Part shown: positions 35,577 through 47,756 of the stretch, one piece after another
How positions within the stretch are numbered: position 1 is the stretch's first letter
Layout of the letters: each line of letters starts with the position of its first letter
Assembly: GCA_965649825.1 (NCBI GenBank)
Contig: OZ287700.1
Span: forward strand, 1,302,001-1,366,000
Reading direction: 5' to 3'
Length of the DNA stretch: 64,000 nucleotides
DNA from: Penicillus capitatus
Taxonomy: Eukaryota > Plantae > Chlorophyta
Made by a program: the position numbers and the translations under genes
Notes under the pieces: generated by a model
What the model was told of the DNA's origin: nothing
What the model saw: only the letters and a program-made list of their open reading frames with translations
Database searches by the model: none

Positions 35577-38034
35577 ATGACGAATGAAACGCGCGCTTTT
35601 CCCTTGAGTCCCGTCTCTACTCGACGTAGCGTTTTCCTTCGCCTCGTCTTTTCTCGACCCAGGGCTTCTGTGTTTAGGAGGCGGACTAGACATAGGCGTC
35701 GAACGTGCAGAAGAAGCCCTCAGTGTGCGCTACAACGAGTGGCGAACAAAAAACTCCTACCGTCCCTTTCGTATCTACCACTTGAAGCTCATCTTCTTCT
35801 TGGGCCTCCAAGTCTTCGAATGGTTGCTGCAGGGAGCCGTTGCCATCATTTTTTGGCAAGACCCCGATGAAGTGGAAAATGCGGTAGTCGACGAACAGGG
35901 AAACGAGCCCGAAGAACGGCATCGAAACACGGCGGGATTCTTTCTGGCTTTCCTGTTTTGTCCCTGGGCAGTCGTCGCAGTAATTCTGACTGTATATGGC
36001 AATCAGTCTCCAGCACTACCTCCACCCGAGAAGCAGTTCCCAAGATGCATGGCCTTTCCCTTTCTTCTCGTCTACAATTTCATTTGGTACATGTTAACAG
36101 ACATCTACCTGACATTCAGCCGCTTTGGACTAGAGACCTTACGTTATCTCTATTACCTCATCGTGGATCACTGCTGTGTACGAGAAAGCTTCGAGAGACT
36201 GGAGAGAGAATCGTCGATTCCGCCCTATCGCATGCGCAGCTACATTTTCTTCAGGGGTGTCTACCAGTTTATCTTTGAATCTGTTCCTAATTTCCTCATT
36301 CTGATTTTTGTTCTCTTCAAAAATTATCACAAAGATATCAAACCATTGGTAGCAACCTGTCTGGTGGTGACGGGTATCAGCATGATTGCCAACCTGTTCA
36401 AGATGATTCGTTTCCGAACGGAGGCGAAGCTTCCGATCTGGGAACCTGCTGGGTACTCCATGATTGCCTTCAGAAGACAAGGAGCGAAGGAGAAGCAAAA
36501 ACTTTCGACCAAAGTGACAGTCTCTTGTGCCATCGACGAATTTCCCTGGGTCGATTTCTACAACGATGTCTACGTCTCCATGACTTTTAAGCCCGTTCCA
36601 AACGATAGTCTGCATTTTTTCAAGAATGTCTGTCGGTTGGCATCCAGAACTTGGCAGCTGCAGCAGTTGGTTGCCGCCCATTGCAACATTGCAGACGATG
36701 GGCCCCTTTGTGTGCAGCACATTACTGAAGCCCTACGTCGAAATCATGGATTGAAGCTGTTGGATTTGTCACACAATATTATCTCCAATCGTGGATGTGT
36801 CCCGCTGTCAGAGCTCATTGGCCACACAACAACACTGACGGCACTCGATATCAGTCACAATCGCATAGGAGAAGAAGGGTTCTCTTTCCTGTCCAATGCT
36901 ATGAAGGTGAACGTGACACTGAAGATGCTGGATGTATCCAATAACCGTTTAGCTCCAGGGAGCGCATCGGACGTAGGCAATTTTCTCCGACTCAATTTCA
37001 ATCTTGTTGATTTAAGATTGAATAATTGTCGCTTTGATGACGAAGCCATGAAGGGCATTGCAAAAGGTCTCAGAGCTAACCATGTGTTGAAGAAACTCTG
37101 GTTGCGCTTCAATAACATTGGACCGAAAGGAATGGAGCATCTGAGTCAGGCTCTGGCTGAAAACAATAGACTTAATCAGCTGGCTCTCGAAGGAAACCGC
37201 GTTGGAGATGAAGGCGTCCAATATCTCTGTGATATCATTCCACACAATGAATCTCTTTCCACAATTGAGTTGGTGTCCAATATGATCGGCGACGCAGGCG
37301 CCACAGCTTTAGGAGATGCTATTTGGAGAAGCACGATGCTACAGTACGTTTATCTCAGCTCGAATCATATTGGAGATGACGGAATCGGGGGACTGGCTGA
37401 GGGATTAGCACAGGCCAAAGAACTGAAACATCTCAGTCTTGTCCGCAATCGAATCTCAGACAGAGGTGCTGCGATGTTGGCAACAGCATTGAAGAAGAAC
37501 ACATCATTGTCCGAACTGCATCTGGGAGGCAACCAGATTGGAGACAGTGGCGTTTTGGCCATTGCACAAGCACTCTCTCAGAATCAAACACTCGAGGTGT
37601 TGACGCTGGAAGACAATCCTTTCAGAGAAGAGGGTGCTGGGTATCTCTGTGACGTCCTCCGACAGCACGAGCATTTGAGAATGCTGTTACTGGATGGGCA
37701 TTGTTTGAGCAGTTCCATGATCGAGAACTTGAAGGAACTCGGATCGATGAACAATGAAGTTAGAGTCAGTTTCCGTCAGGGGTCTTTGAACAGACCCAGC
37801 GTTCATGCCATCAGTCGACGTCTCGAATCTGAGAGGCGTATGAGCACTCGTATTGAAGGTGCCAACGATGATCCTCAGCCATCCAACGAGAACATCGACA
37901 TACCAGTCATTCCCAGTCAGTTTCAGAACGAGCTGCGAACAACACTCTTGGCTATGGAGAATGTGATGCTGGGTATGGAAGACATGAGCAGTCTGAACAT
38001 CCTAGGGACTGTCACCGAGAAGGGACAACCGTAG
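35577..38034 (+). CDS. Multi-pass membrane protein fused to RNI-like/NLRC3-like LRRs
   Basis: About 5 hydrophobic helices including FESVPNFLILIF, then many 28-aa LxxLxLxxNxIGDxGxxxL repeats. First intron inferred at about 35608-35663. Confidence 0.85.
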
Positions 38035-39408
38035 TACGATCCCTTTTCAACAGTTTGCCTTCGAACCTGTTTTGTGTGGACGGCGGCGCTGTGTCTGATT
38101 TTGGCAACTCTGTGACAAGAAAGATTACATCGCATTATCACAGTGGGGGCTGTTCGGTGTACTGTTACCTCGATGAGTTTCACCATTTCAGAAGACGGAC
38201 CATCGCTGTAAGCATGACATGGTACCGGACAGATTCTTTACTTTTCTGATACGTTGTTTATTAATCGCGATAGAGTTTATGGACTGACTGCCTTACTGAT
38301 ACAAGACGAATTGTTGAGATAACCATGTGCACACTAAAGTTTTCAGAATATAAAGTTCAGGACATGTGCTTGGACGTGCCATCGGATAAATCTTAAGAGT
38401 GGTGCTGTATGAAAAAGTCGTCAAATTTCCGTGGGTAACGACAGGATAATTCTTTTACGTTTTGCGGCGCGCCAAGCGACATGTGCGATGCAGTGAAGTC
38501 CCGGATACATCTCAGAAATATTCCTCCGACTTGGAGACAGGTTTATGTTTGAGATGAAGGTCGAAACGCGTCAGAAAAAATCGTTTTCTCGGATATCAGT
38601 GGCTATTGACTATACTAACAACCAATAATTTCAGCCGGCGACTGCTTGTGGACGAAGACTCTATCATGCTAACATTAATGAAGCCCTCACTCGTCTGGTA
38701 GGCGCCGAAATGTGCCACATTTGTTCTGAGAGGCGGTACAACAAATGTATGAAGATAGCACGGAGAAACCAATAGGATAGCGAAACAGACGAATCAGCAT
38801 CTACCGCCGACATTCGTAGGCGCATTCAAAGCCGAGGTCTGTCAGCGGAATCTCTGCACTCTCTTTTGCCACGATAGCTACGCAGCTTCATCGAAACTGT
38901 TGCCATATCGGATTAATGCTGTTTTCATGGCGATGAACTGCAGACTGACAAGGAGTCGCGTCGCGGCATTCTTGCGAGGAGAGGCGTTCTTGTCCATTCA
39001 TCTCTTCTAACCGCCCTGCTGCGACACTGATCTTCTTGCCAAATTTCCCTGGCTCTTGTCAAGTTTCAAGACCAAAATTTTTCTCGTGCGGCATTATTAT
39101 CAAACCTCAGACACGTTAGCGCCTTTACCACAGGTTGAACGCTTGGTCGGTGGAGTTCCTACAGTTCGTGTCCGCACGTTACTCTTTGCCTTAACTCCTG
39201 TCCTGAGCCGGCGCAGCGTCGGTAAGAAACTCACACACTTCGTCCGCGTCTTGCTGCGATATCCGAGTCGGCGTCTAGAAATCGCTAGACATACAAACCG
39301 TCCCCTGCGGTTGCTGTAGGAAGCACTGTGCGTTCGAGAAGACCTTGAGGCCGCGAGTACACAGGAGGCTGTTGTTTTGCTGTTAGTTGCCTGTCTCGGT
39401 TTGGCGAG

Positions 39409-41430
39409 ATGTCAGTCGCGAAGAAATACATGGAGATTGCTCTGGATGAGCTCCGTATTCAGGAAAATCCCTGTTATGATGCGCAGTGTAGCGCCGTATT
39501 CAAAGGTAAACTGAAAATACAGTGAATAGAACACTCGTGCCAAATGATTCCTAAGCAGGGACGTATTTTCACGAGGACGTTGCCATTAAGTCGCTTGGTT
39601 CTGGGAATTCGTCGCGTACGAGTTTCAGCATGTTTTCTGATGAGCCCCCTCATCCAGATTTGCTGATGGACTTGAAGCATGAAGTGTCGATAATGCGTCG
39701 CTTATCCCACAACAACATCGTTCGATTCAAAGGCACCGTGATAGATCCTCCCAGTATTGTTCTGGAGTACTGTGAAAAGGGCTCGCTATGGAATCTTCTT
39801 CCTGAATCACTCTGTCAACTGAAAGCGAAATGGGAGATCACCCCCGAAGCAGCGTGGATTTGGCGACTGCAAATTGCGATCCAGATCGCCAAAGGAATGC
39901 ATTATCTTCACAGACAGACCCCAGCCATATTGCACAATGACTTGAAGTCACCCAATGTCTTCGTGGACGGGAATTGGTGCGTCAAGATAGGAGATTTTGG
40001 CTCCGCAAGGTGACACGATGTCTCTTTGCTTTCGGCTGGAAACGTGCTGTTTGGCAGTATTGGATCCGAGGCCCCATCAAGGCTGCCAGATAACAATACG
40101 TGGAAGAGCCCAGAAGTCATGAAGGGAGAAAACCCGACTGTGAAATCAGACGTCTTTTCCTTTGCAGTCATTTTATGGGAGCTCTATTCTTTCGAGTAAG
40201 ACGATATCGCTTTTCGAAGTATTCCTTCGAAGAATGATCTTTCTCGACAGACGACCTTGGGATAATTTATGCGATTCTTGGGACTTGCCTGGTAAATTGA
40301 TCAAGTTCAACAAAAACCGCCGGATTCGGGAAAAGATACTGAATGGGGAAAGACTCAAGTTCCCAGACAATGTTATCGGAGGAAAATGCAATGGTGTTCA
40401 AAAGGATTTTAAGAATCTCATCGAGAAATGTTGGAAGCCGAAGCCCAAAGATCGACCAGACTTTGCAAAAATCATAGGTACGACGATGCCATCTCACTCA
40501 CTTTCTCACTCACTCATGTTTTGACAGAGATCTTGATGGCGCTTCTGCAGAAACTCGAGAAGCCGAAAGAGGAAGCTATACACGCACGTTTGGTAAGCAT
40601 GAAGGAATTGAAAGAGGCCAGGACGAATAGCAGTTCACATTCCTTCGCTAAACTATCGAGCCTACCTAACGACCCATTGTGGCCGCCGCTTGCAGTGAAG
40701 CCGCCTTCACATTCACCAGTCGAGCGACAAAGATCTCCGCGTTCACAACGCAAGTGGATATTCTTGAACCTTTCAAGAAAGCTTGTGAGTACCGTTCGGC
40801 CTCTCATGGTGCGTTTTTCCTTTTTCTTTCCAGCTCTCAGATTCGGCGCAGGGGGGTGGTGGTAAGAAGAAAAATATTCGCAGTCATGTGGTGAGTTCGT
40901 TCTCTTCTTCTTCGGATTCCTGGTCGGAAGATCTTTATCGAGGGGGACTGACTGATAGCATTCGTTCGCCGTTCGAGACTGGACCATCCTTCATGAAAAA
41001 CAATGGCAAGGATGTCGATTGGAGCCGTTACCTTGGTGGAGATTTATCGGTAGATTGTTCGGGCTCTTCGACAACAACAACGACTCGAAGCTCGAATGTA
41101 GGAAGCGTAGACCGCCATCAGAGAATACATGGGTGGGAACACGACGATTCAAGAGTGGGTTCGCTGCACACTCCGCCTGGCACGAATGAGGCAGCTTGCC
41201 TGGCAGCTGCAGAGAAGTGTCTCCACGATTGCTTTGCAACCGATTCTTCATCTTTCGATGGGCTCGATGCGTACATTGTACTTTCTCGCGAGTACCATGA
41301 CAGACAGAATCGGTGCCAGAATGCTGCTTCCGCTTCATCTGGACCAGAGCAGAGTGGCCCACATCCATTTGTGCCTTGTCCTCAACTGCTCGAGTTTTGC
41401 CCCGAGTATGAACGCTCTTTGCGTAGGTAG
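39409..41430 (+). CDS. TKL/Raf-like protein kinase (non-RD)
   Basis: VAIK, HEVSIM, LHNDLKSPN, DFG, TWKSPE, SDVFSFAVILWE, CW..P..RP; long C-terminal tail. Confidence 0.9.
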
Positions 41431-42340
41431 AGATTGTATCCATTAAGAAGAGGTTTGCGCCGCTTTACTCGAAACAAAGGTTGTAGCCTGTCGCCTTCTC
41501 GTTTATTCTCTTTCATAAACATCACTCCTCTGATTCAAGCACACTCTTTGACGTTGTCCTCTGTCATCGTCAGCTGCTTGCCTGTGCTGTTGACAGAGGC
41601 CAACGTCTTCGAGCAGAGATGTTCCTGTGCATTGTTGTTCTCCATTCACCGTTTCAGCCGATTGGTTAATCTGTCTGGGTATCCATTTGTCTTGGTTCCA
41701 CAGAGCCGGCAGATAATAAGCTCAATCTCCAATCATCATCTACTGCAACAATAACGCATGCTTTCAATTAGAACTGCATTGGTTTTCAAGAAGATTCCGT
41801 TGATGATGTTGATCTTCACAGTCTCTGTTTTTGATTTCTTGACCCTGGTTTGTTGTGCAGATGACGGGGCGAGTCCTGTCATTGCCACTGACTGAGCCTG
41901 AACCACGCTGTTAAGGACGACAGGAGATAAAGGACATCTTGTAACGGTGCTTCATTTAAATAAGCCATCACCAATTTGAGAAACGTCTTTAAGTGAGGAA
42001 GAAGAAGAAGAAGTGGCTCCTGTGTGTTCATTATCCATGACGTGTGACAAAACATGACATTTTCGTTTTCTAATGAACAAAGGGGCTTGGGTGTCGAGGG
42101 TGTTTTTTGTTGTTGTTTGTTGTTGTTCTTCTGACACAATCATCATCCAACTAGGCGCTACATTTGAAGAAAGCTGTAGACCCTGGAAAACCGAGATGTT
42201 GATGTCCATACATTTAATGAACTCATTTAGTATAATACGCATGTTTTGATACCACACTTTCACGCTTTCCACCCTATAAATAACAAACTCTCCATCAGTA
42301 ACTGTCAGTCCGTCAGTCAATCAATCAATGTACAAATCAC

Positions 42341-43795
42341 TCACACGCTGCTCGATGCTAGCTGGCTGTCTATCTGTCCAAGCTTGCTCACGAGGAGATC
42401 TCTGAGACAGATCCAGGCGTTGTTGTTGTTCATCTTTTCTTGAGTGACCTCAACGATCTCTGACAAAAATTCTGGTGTCCATGATGATATTTTATGCGCC
42501 CATTTCTTATCATCTTTTCGATCCATGAAGACCTGAAGGATCATCAGAACAGATTGCGTCATCCTGGAATCTGGAAAGATGCGGCAGTTCCACAGCATAT
42601 CCTCTTCCAGATCCTCCCTAAACATATCAACGTTTTCTATGACCAACAGATGTTCCAACAAACTCTGCATTTTGGATAAGCTGACTGCGTTCTTTGAAAG
42701 TGGAAGATGGAATGGCTTTCGATACCTCTTCAAGAATGACCTCCTTTTCCAGAAGAACACTGTCGAATGTATTGTCCAACACACAAAAGCCATATTTGCT
42801 TAGGAGTTCTTCGTTGCTCAACTCTCCGTATGTATTGTGTATCTCATGCCCCTTTGTAATGGTCTGTGCTGCGCGGATTTCTAAACCCTCCTCCCCATCG
42901 ACGCAACTGCTAGCGCCGCAAATGGTTATTTCCAACCTCTTCTCAGGAGGGAGAGAAGATACATCACACAAAGAGTGTCTGCTTTCCTCTTCCTCCGCCG
43001 TAGACGAGTCTTCTTGTTCTATTTCAAACTCTTTGTCCACGGCAACGATCGCACATTTATGATTGAAGACATCGGCAAAGGGCACCATAGACTGGCCTAA
43101 AGACAACACGGATGATCTAAAAGGGCAGAGTAAAGAGCAGAGATGCTGCCGTGGTGCTTGTTAACGAAAAAGGCTCGAGAAGAAACAAGGGATGCCGCAT
43201 TGTGGAAGTCTTCCAGTTGTAAAGGCACATCCCCAAATCTATCCGCATACTTTTCCATCATGGGTACCACGTGGCTCTCAAAATCTTCCTCCATGAATAG
43301 CCTGACAGACACACATGTTATCTGGAAGCTTGTCGATGGGCAGCACATCGGACTTGTCTTGAAGGATGTCGTCCAAGAGAGCTGTCCCTTCCAGACACTC
43401 CAGTTCTGCATCAGACCAAAAGACAGGGAGGTTTTCTCTTTCAGGCATGCTTGCAAAGTAACCAGCCCTGCAGTCGTTGTTGGACATGGTTATGTACAGA
43501 GGAACAGAAACCATTTGGAGTGTTGTTTTCTGCATCGCTCGTAGGCTGTGGCAATGACCAGGGCCAATCCTCCTGTCAGTTCCTCTTTTTCAAGCAGATC
43601 TGCGATTTCTGTGTTCTGGGGAGAGATGATCGAAGAGTAAGGAATCCATCCGAGAGAAGAGCCTTCTGAAATTTCTTCCTTTGCAAAGACGCCCCACGAA
43701 GCGTCGACCGAACGAAATTCGATCAAATCATAGTTTGGACAGACACCGTTATCTTCCAGCCACTTCTGAAACGCAGGAAGAGATCGTTCCATCAT
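42341..43795 (-). CDS. SET-domain lysine methyltransferase (SETD6/Rubisco LSMT-like)
   Basis: GVFAKEEI, LVSSRAF, MVPFADVFNH, EIHNTYGELSNEELLSKYGF. The 3' end is uncertain and may extend to about 41950. Confidence 0.85.
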
Positions 43796-43994
43796 CGTCG
43801 ATGACGCGTGGAACCGAATGGCGGCTAATTGAAAGTCAATGATTTGCATTTCTGTTCGTTAACAAGAGAATGGGCACTTTCCCATCTCAACAGCACGCAA
43901 CTTTCTCATTCGTTGATACCTTCCTCGGATGCAACGAGGAAACGATTTGCGAATTGGAGAGAAAAGACTTTTTGTGGAGTCATGACACGACACC

Positions 43995-46900
43995 CTAGAG
44001 CGGCTGCGGTCGGGACTGGACAATGTAGAGATCGTTGTCCTTGATAGCTCCTTCAATATCTTGAGGCACACCGCCAAACTCGGCCTCCAGTATCTTCCCC
44101 ACTTCCAACAGCCTCTTTCCCAGAAGCTCACGGTTCTCATCTTCTGTCGAGAGAGCCAGACTGCTGTAGTCGGCGACTTTAGAAATGAGAGAGCTTTCGT
44201 TATCTTCCTCGAGTGGGGTCCATCCTCGACCACCTGCACCTTTGGGCATCAGGATCGAACTGAAATTGGCAAAAGCTTTCGTTTCAACGACAGACGTTTG
44301 TTTGTTCACAGTCAGTCTCCAAGGAGTTCCTCTTGTTCCAGATGCCAATGTCTCCCCGATGCCTGGCGCGATTTCGGCACTGAGCAGATTGGGGTCCTTT
44401 GACAAAGGATCTGTTGTATGGAGGACAAAAGAGAGAGTGGGGAAAAGCTGTTCCTGAATCAGAATGGCCATTTTGGCATGAGTATGTGGCAATCCAGAGG
44501 CATGACGAGCCATCAATGCTCGACGCGTATGAAGGGATGCCCAGACAGCGAGGATCGCCGCAGCAAGATCATCTGGATCATGTGGATCAGTATTAGAGAT
44601 CGAATCGTGTAATCCAGCACCCGACATGCCAGCCAAGTCCTCCACATTCGCCGAGGAACGTACGATGATTTTCTGATCGTCTTCAAAGGCTGCAGAGATG
44701 GCCTTGAGTATCTTAGAGGTCACCGATTGGCATTTGATGCGTTTATGGATTTCGGTAACCAGCGAACTAATGTTCCCATCGCTATCCAGTTTGTGATTGA
44801 CCTCCATCAGGAGCTGATCGATTTCTTCAAGCGATTCTGCAGATAGGGTCTCCTCCATCACTCCATAAGGAATGCAGATGCCTTTCGGCGACAGAAAAGC
44901 ATTTGTCTTGTTCACAATTTCCTCAATCACAGCACAATTTGCAGCTTTGGCACCACAGCTCTCTTTTGTGGCCTGCTTCTGTGGCAAGACATGATGATGC
45001 GGTTTTGAAAAGTGAGAGAGAATACAAGGCGAGAACGATTTGGGGGTATCAATTTTCCAGTCATCTTCCATATGGCTCTCACCAGCATGCGCCGTGTGAA
45101 CAGTCACTTTATCAGGCAGCGCACTGAGCTCGACATAGTTCCCCACGAGCGGCACGATTTCATCTCGAATCAGATCTTCATCTGTACAGGTTGTGAATAC
45201 CAGATGTTCCTGCCGTGCTCGAACACCAAGATGACTCAAGTGTGGCAACTCCTGGCACAAAATGATGCCCGTCACTTTCATTCCCTTCCCTGTAAACCCA
45301 GATACCAAATGTCCCACGTCTTCATCCCCTGTCGCTCTCTTGACTAAGAGAATGAGCTTTTCATCTGGACGGATATCAGATGGCAGGGCGATGGAATCAA
45401 TGGTGTTCACTTCCAGAAGTCGCCCTCTAGACAGACCAGGCACCAGAGTATCCCATGCTGTCTGTCCAGCTGCATGTCGTGCAGCCTTGAGCAGAAAAGA
45501 TGTCAATTTCGAAACTTGGAATACAACATTGGCACGGATTTCAGATTCAGAATAGACAGAAACGTGATGTCCGGAAACGCCTAAAGCTTTGCCCATGACT
45601 TCGGCATTGGCGGCAAAAACTTCGAGGATCGCATCGCAGAAGTTGGAGGCAAGACGCTGCAGACGCTCCAGCGTGGCTCGCATTCTCAGAGCATTTGCCG
45701 CCTTGGATAGGAAGCCCAGTTTGTGCCACTTCGAAAGCTCATTCTCAATGGCCATGCATTCGTATGGTTCCCATCCCGTCAGCGCAATATTTCGCAATCC
45801 CAGAATCAGTGCACCCAATGGCAGTGCCCAGGCTCTGTCGTTTCCTGAAGACAGCGCATCATAGCTTCCAGATTTTTCCAAAAGATTCATAAATCGACTC
45901 ATCAACACGAATGTGTATTCCTCGCTTCGAATCTCGGCCAGTCGGTAAGACTGACGCATGACCAGTGCCGAATCTGGTGCATCGTTCCGAAGGCCACTGC
46001 TCAGCTTCGACAGCAACAAAGCGCGAACAGATGCAACGGCATGCATGGTCTCCATCAGTTGATTGGACTGCATTTCGAATGATGTGCGCGACTGATAGTT
46101 GGCATCCAGATCTGCCTGAAGCTCCAGAAATCGATTGATAATGTGTACGCCTGCTTCGTCGACACTGTGCATCGAACGACGTACTTTTCTAAGAGTCTCT
46201 GCCAAGTTTCCAGCATTGAAGAATTCGCGCAATTCACTCATGAAGAGACTGTACTCTTTGACAAAGTCTGCATTCAGTTCGTCCTGTTGACTGAGAATAC
46301 GTTCGTACATTAACTCGGCGGCTACCAAATCTTCCGGCCCTGCATTTCGGTGAAGTTTGTTCTGAAGCGTGTGCTTGATTTCGTGTTTCATGTCTTTCGG
46401 AATGTCATTTCTGTGGGCAATATCACGAATACGCGTCAACGGCTCCGCTCTGCGAAACTCGTCTGCAAAGGAAGGGAGCTTGGCATGCAATTCCCTCGAG
46501 AGCCACACAAGCGTATTCTCGTTTCGGTGAATATCTATGTTGCATTCCAACTGGCGAAAAATAGATTTTGCCGTCTCGGCATGGTGTTTTGGCCGGTAAT
46601 GTCCTCCGGCTTCCACACAGGGAAGGACCCCTTGGTTAATCCACGACAGATAAATATGGGCTAATGCCAGCGCTTCGATTTCTGGCTCGTCCGTTGCCTG
46701 ATCGATCAAAACGTTTTTGACGAGTTGCAGCTTCTTAAGCCAACTCCCTGCTTCTTTGTCTTCTTCTACGAAGATCTTTGCCACTCCGACCATTCCAGTA
46801 CTATCCCACGTGCCGCGTCGTTCACGGGGATGCTCGTTGGATTGCATGAACGCGATCTCGCGTCCTACCCATTCTTTTGTTGAAGGACTGGAGAAATCAC

Positions 46901-47075
46901 TCGTCGCCGCCACGAGCGGAAAAGAACGTAAGGAATGACAGAAATCGTGAGTGACGATGGTGAGACTGCGTAGTCTCGGACTTGTGGAAAACGGTCGACG
47001 AGACGATCGAACAACCCGTGGGCGCTGACATCTGGACGTCAGACGGAATCCGCGAACGCGCAGTGTCGTCTGCAT
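43995..47075 (-). CDS. PWD: Phosphoglucan, water dikinase, intronless, 1026 aa
   Basis: Transit-peptide-like start, WVGREIAFMQSNEH, HKLHRNAGPEDL, phospho-His motif QELPHLSHLGVRARQE, VRSSANVEDLAGMSGAGL, VQSRPQP. Confidence 0.95.
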   Translation of the reverse strand: MQTTLRVRGFRLTSRCQRPRVVRSSRRPFSTSPRLRSLTIVTHDFCHSLRSFPLVAATSDFSSPSTKEWVGREIAFMQSNEHPRERRGTWDSTGMVGVAKIFVEEDKEAGSWLKKLQLVKNVLIDQATDEPEIEALALAHIYLSWINQGVLPCVEAGGHYRPKHHAETAKSIFRQLECNIDIHRNENTLVWLSRELHAKLPSFADEFRRAEPLTRIRDIAHRNDIPKDMKHEIKHTLQNKLHRNAGPEDLVAAELMYERILSQQDELNADFVKEYSLFMSELREFFNAGNLAETLRKVRRSMHSVDEAGVHIINRFLELQADLDANYQSRTSFEMQSNQLMETMHAVASVRALLLSKLSSGLRNDAPDSALVMRQSYRLAEIRSEEYTFVLMSRFMNLLEKSGSYDALSSGNDRAWALPLGALILGLRNIALTGWEPYECMAIENELSKWHKLGFLSKAANALRMRATLERLQRLASNFCDAILEVFAANAEVMGKALGVSGHHVSVYSESEIRANVVFQVSKLTSFLLKAARHAAGQTAWDTLVPGLSRGRLLEVNTIDSIALPSDIRPDEKLILLVKRATGDEDVGHLVSGFTGKGMKVTGIILCQELPHLSHLGVRARQEHLVFTTCTDEDLIRDEIVPLVGNYVELSALPDKVTVHTAHAGESHMEDDWKIDTPKSFSPCILSHFSKPHHHVLPQKQATKESCGAKAANCAVIEEIVNKTNAFLSPKGICIPYGVMEETLSAESLEEIDQLLMEVNHKLDSDGNISSLVTEIHKRIKCQSVTSKILKAISAAFEDDQKIIVRSSANVEDLAGMSGAGLHDSISNTDPHDPDDLAAAILAVWASLHTRRALMARHASGLPHTHAKMAILIQEQLFPTLSFVLHTTDPLSKDPNLLSAEIAPGIGETLASGTRGTPWRLTVNKQTSVVETKAFANFSSILMPKGAGGRGWTPLEEDNESSLISKVADYSSLALSTEDENRELLGKRLLEVGKILEAEFGGVPQDIEGAIKDNDLYIVQSRPQPL

Positions 47076-47756
47076 CTAATCGAGGTTCCCGTTCTCGCCA
47101 AATGCTTTTCATTATTTCGTACGCATTGTCGTGAAAAGACAGGACAAGGAAACGAACGCCATGTATGATAAGCACAACAGAGCACTGATGGCCGACAGTT
47201 GTCTGTCGGTATTCACGCGATAGCAACTCAGTATCAAAGTCATACGGACCTGTCTTGAACACTCGGCGCATTTTAACCTGTTGTTGGACTGTCAGCGACG
47301 CTGCCAGAAACGACGTATTTCCTGCGCGCGCCTGGAGAATCATCAACGGGACGTTGACGGTCTTCGACTGCTTGTTGCTCTGACGGTTACTCGACGGCAC
47401 AGTCTCTCCGAAGGAAAGTGACGGCATCCAATGCCAGTGCTCTTTCGGCGAAAGAAATGATACCGATGATAGAGACGCGTGCTCGCAGAGGAACGCCCAT
47501 CGAAAACAGTCAACCTCCAGCAGCAACCATTCATCCTCGGGAAGCATACAACCATCAATACCAAATCGTCGCAGATAAGAATGATGCACAGAGTACAGAA
47601 CCGGCGAAACCATCGCTGCGAGGATGTAAGTCCACCACCAGTAAATACGCAACCGGCGATGGTTGACGGAAAAGGGGGCCAAGTGACCGTTTGATGAGGC
47701 ATACGAATTCTCCGAGATTTTGTCCTCCGTTGATTCGTCTGAGCTATTCGTCCATC

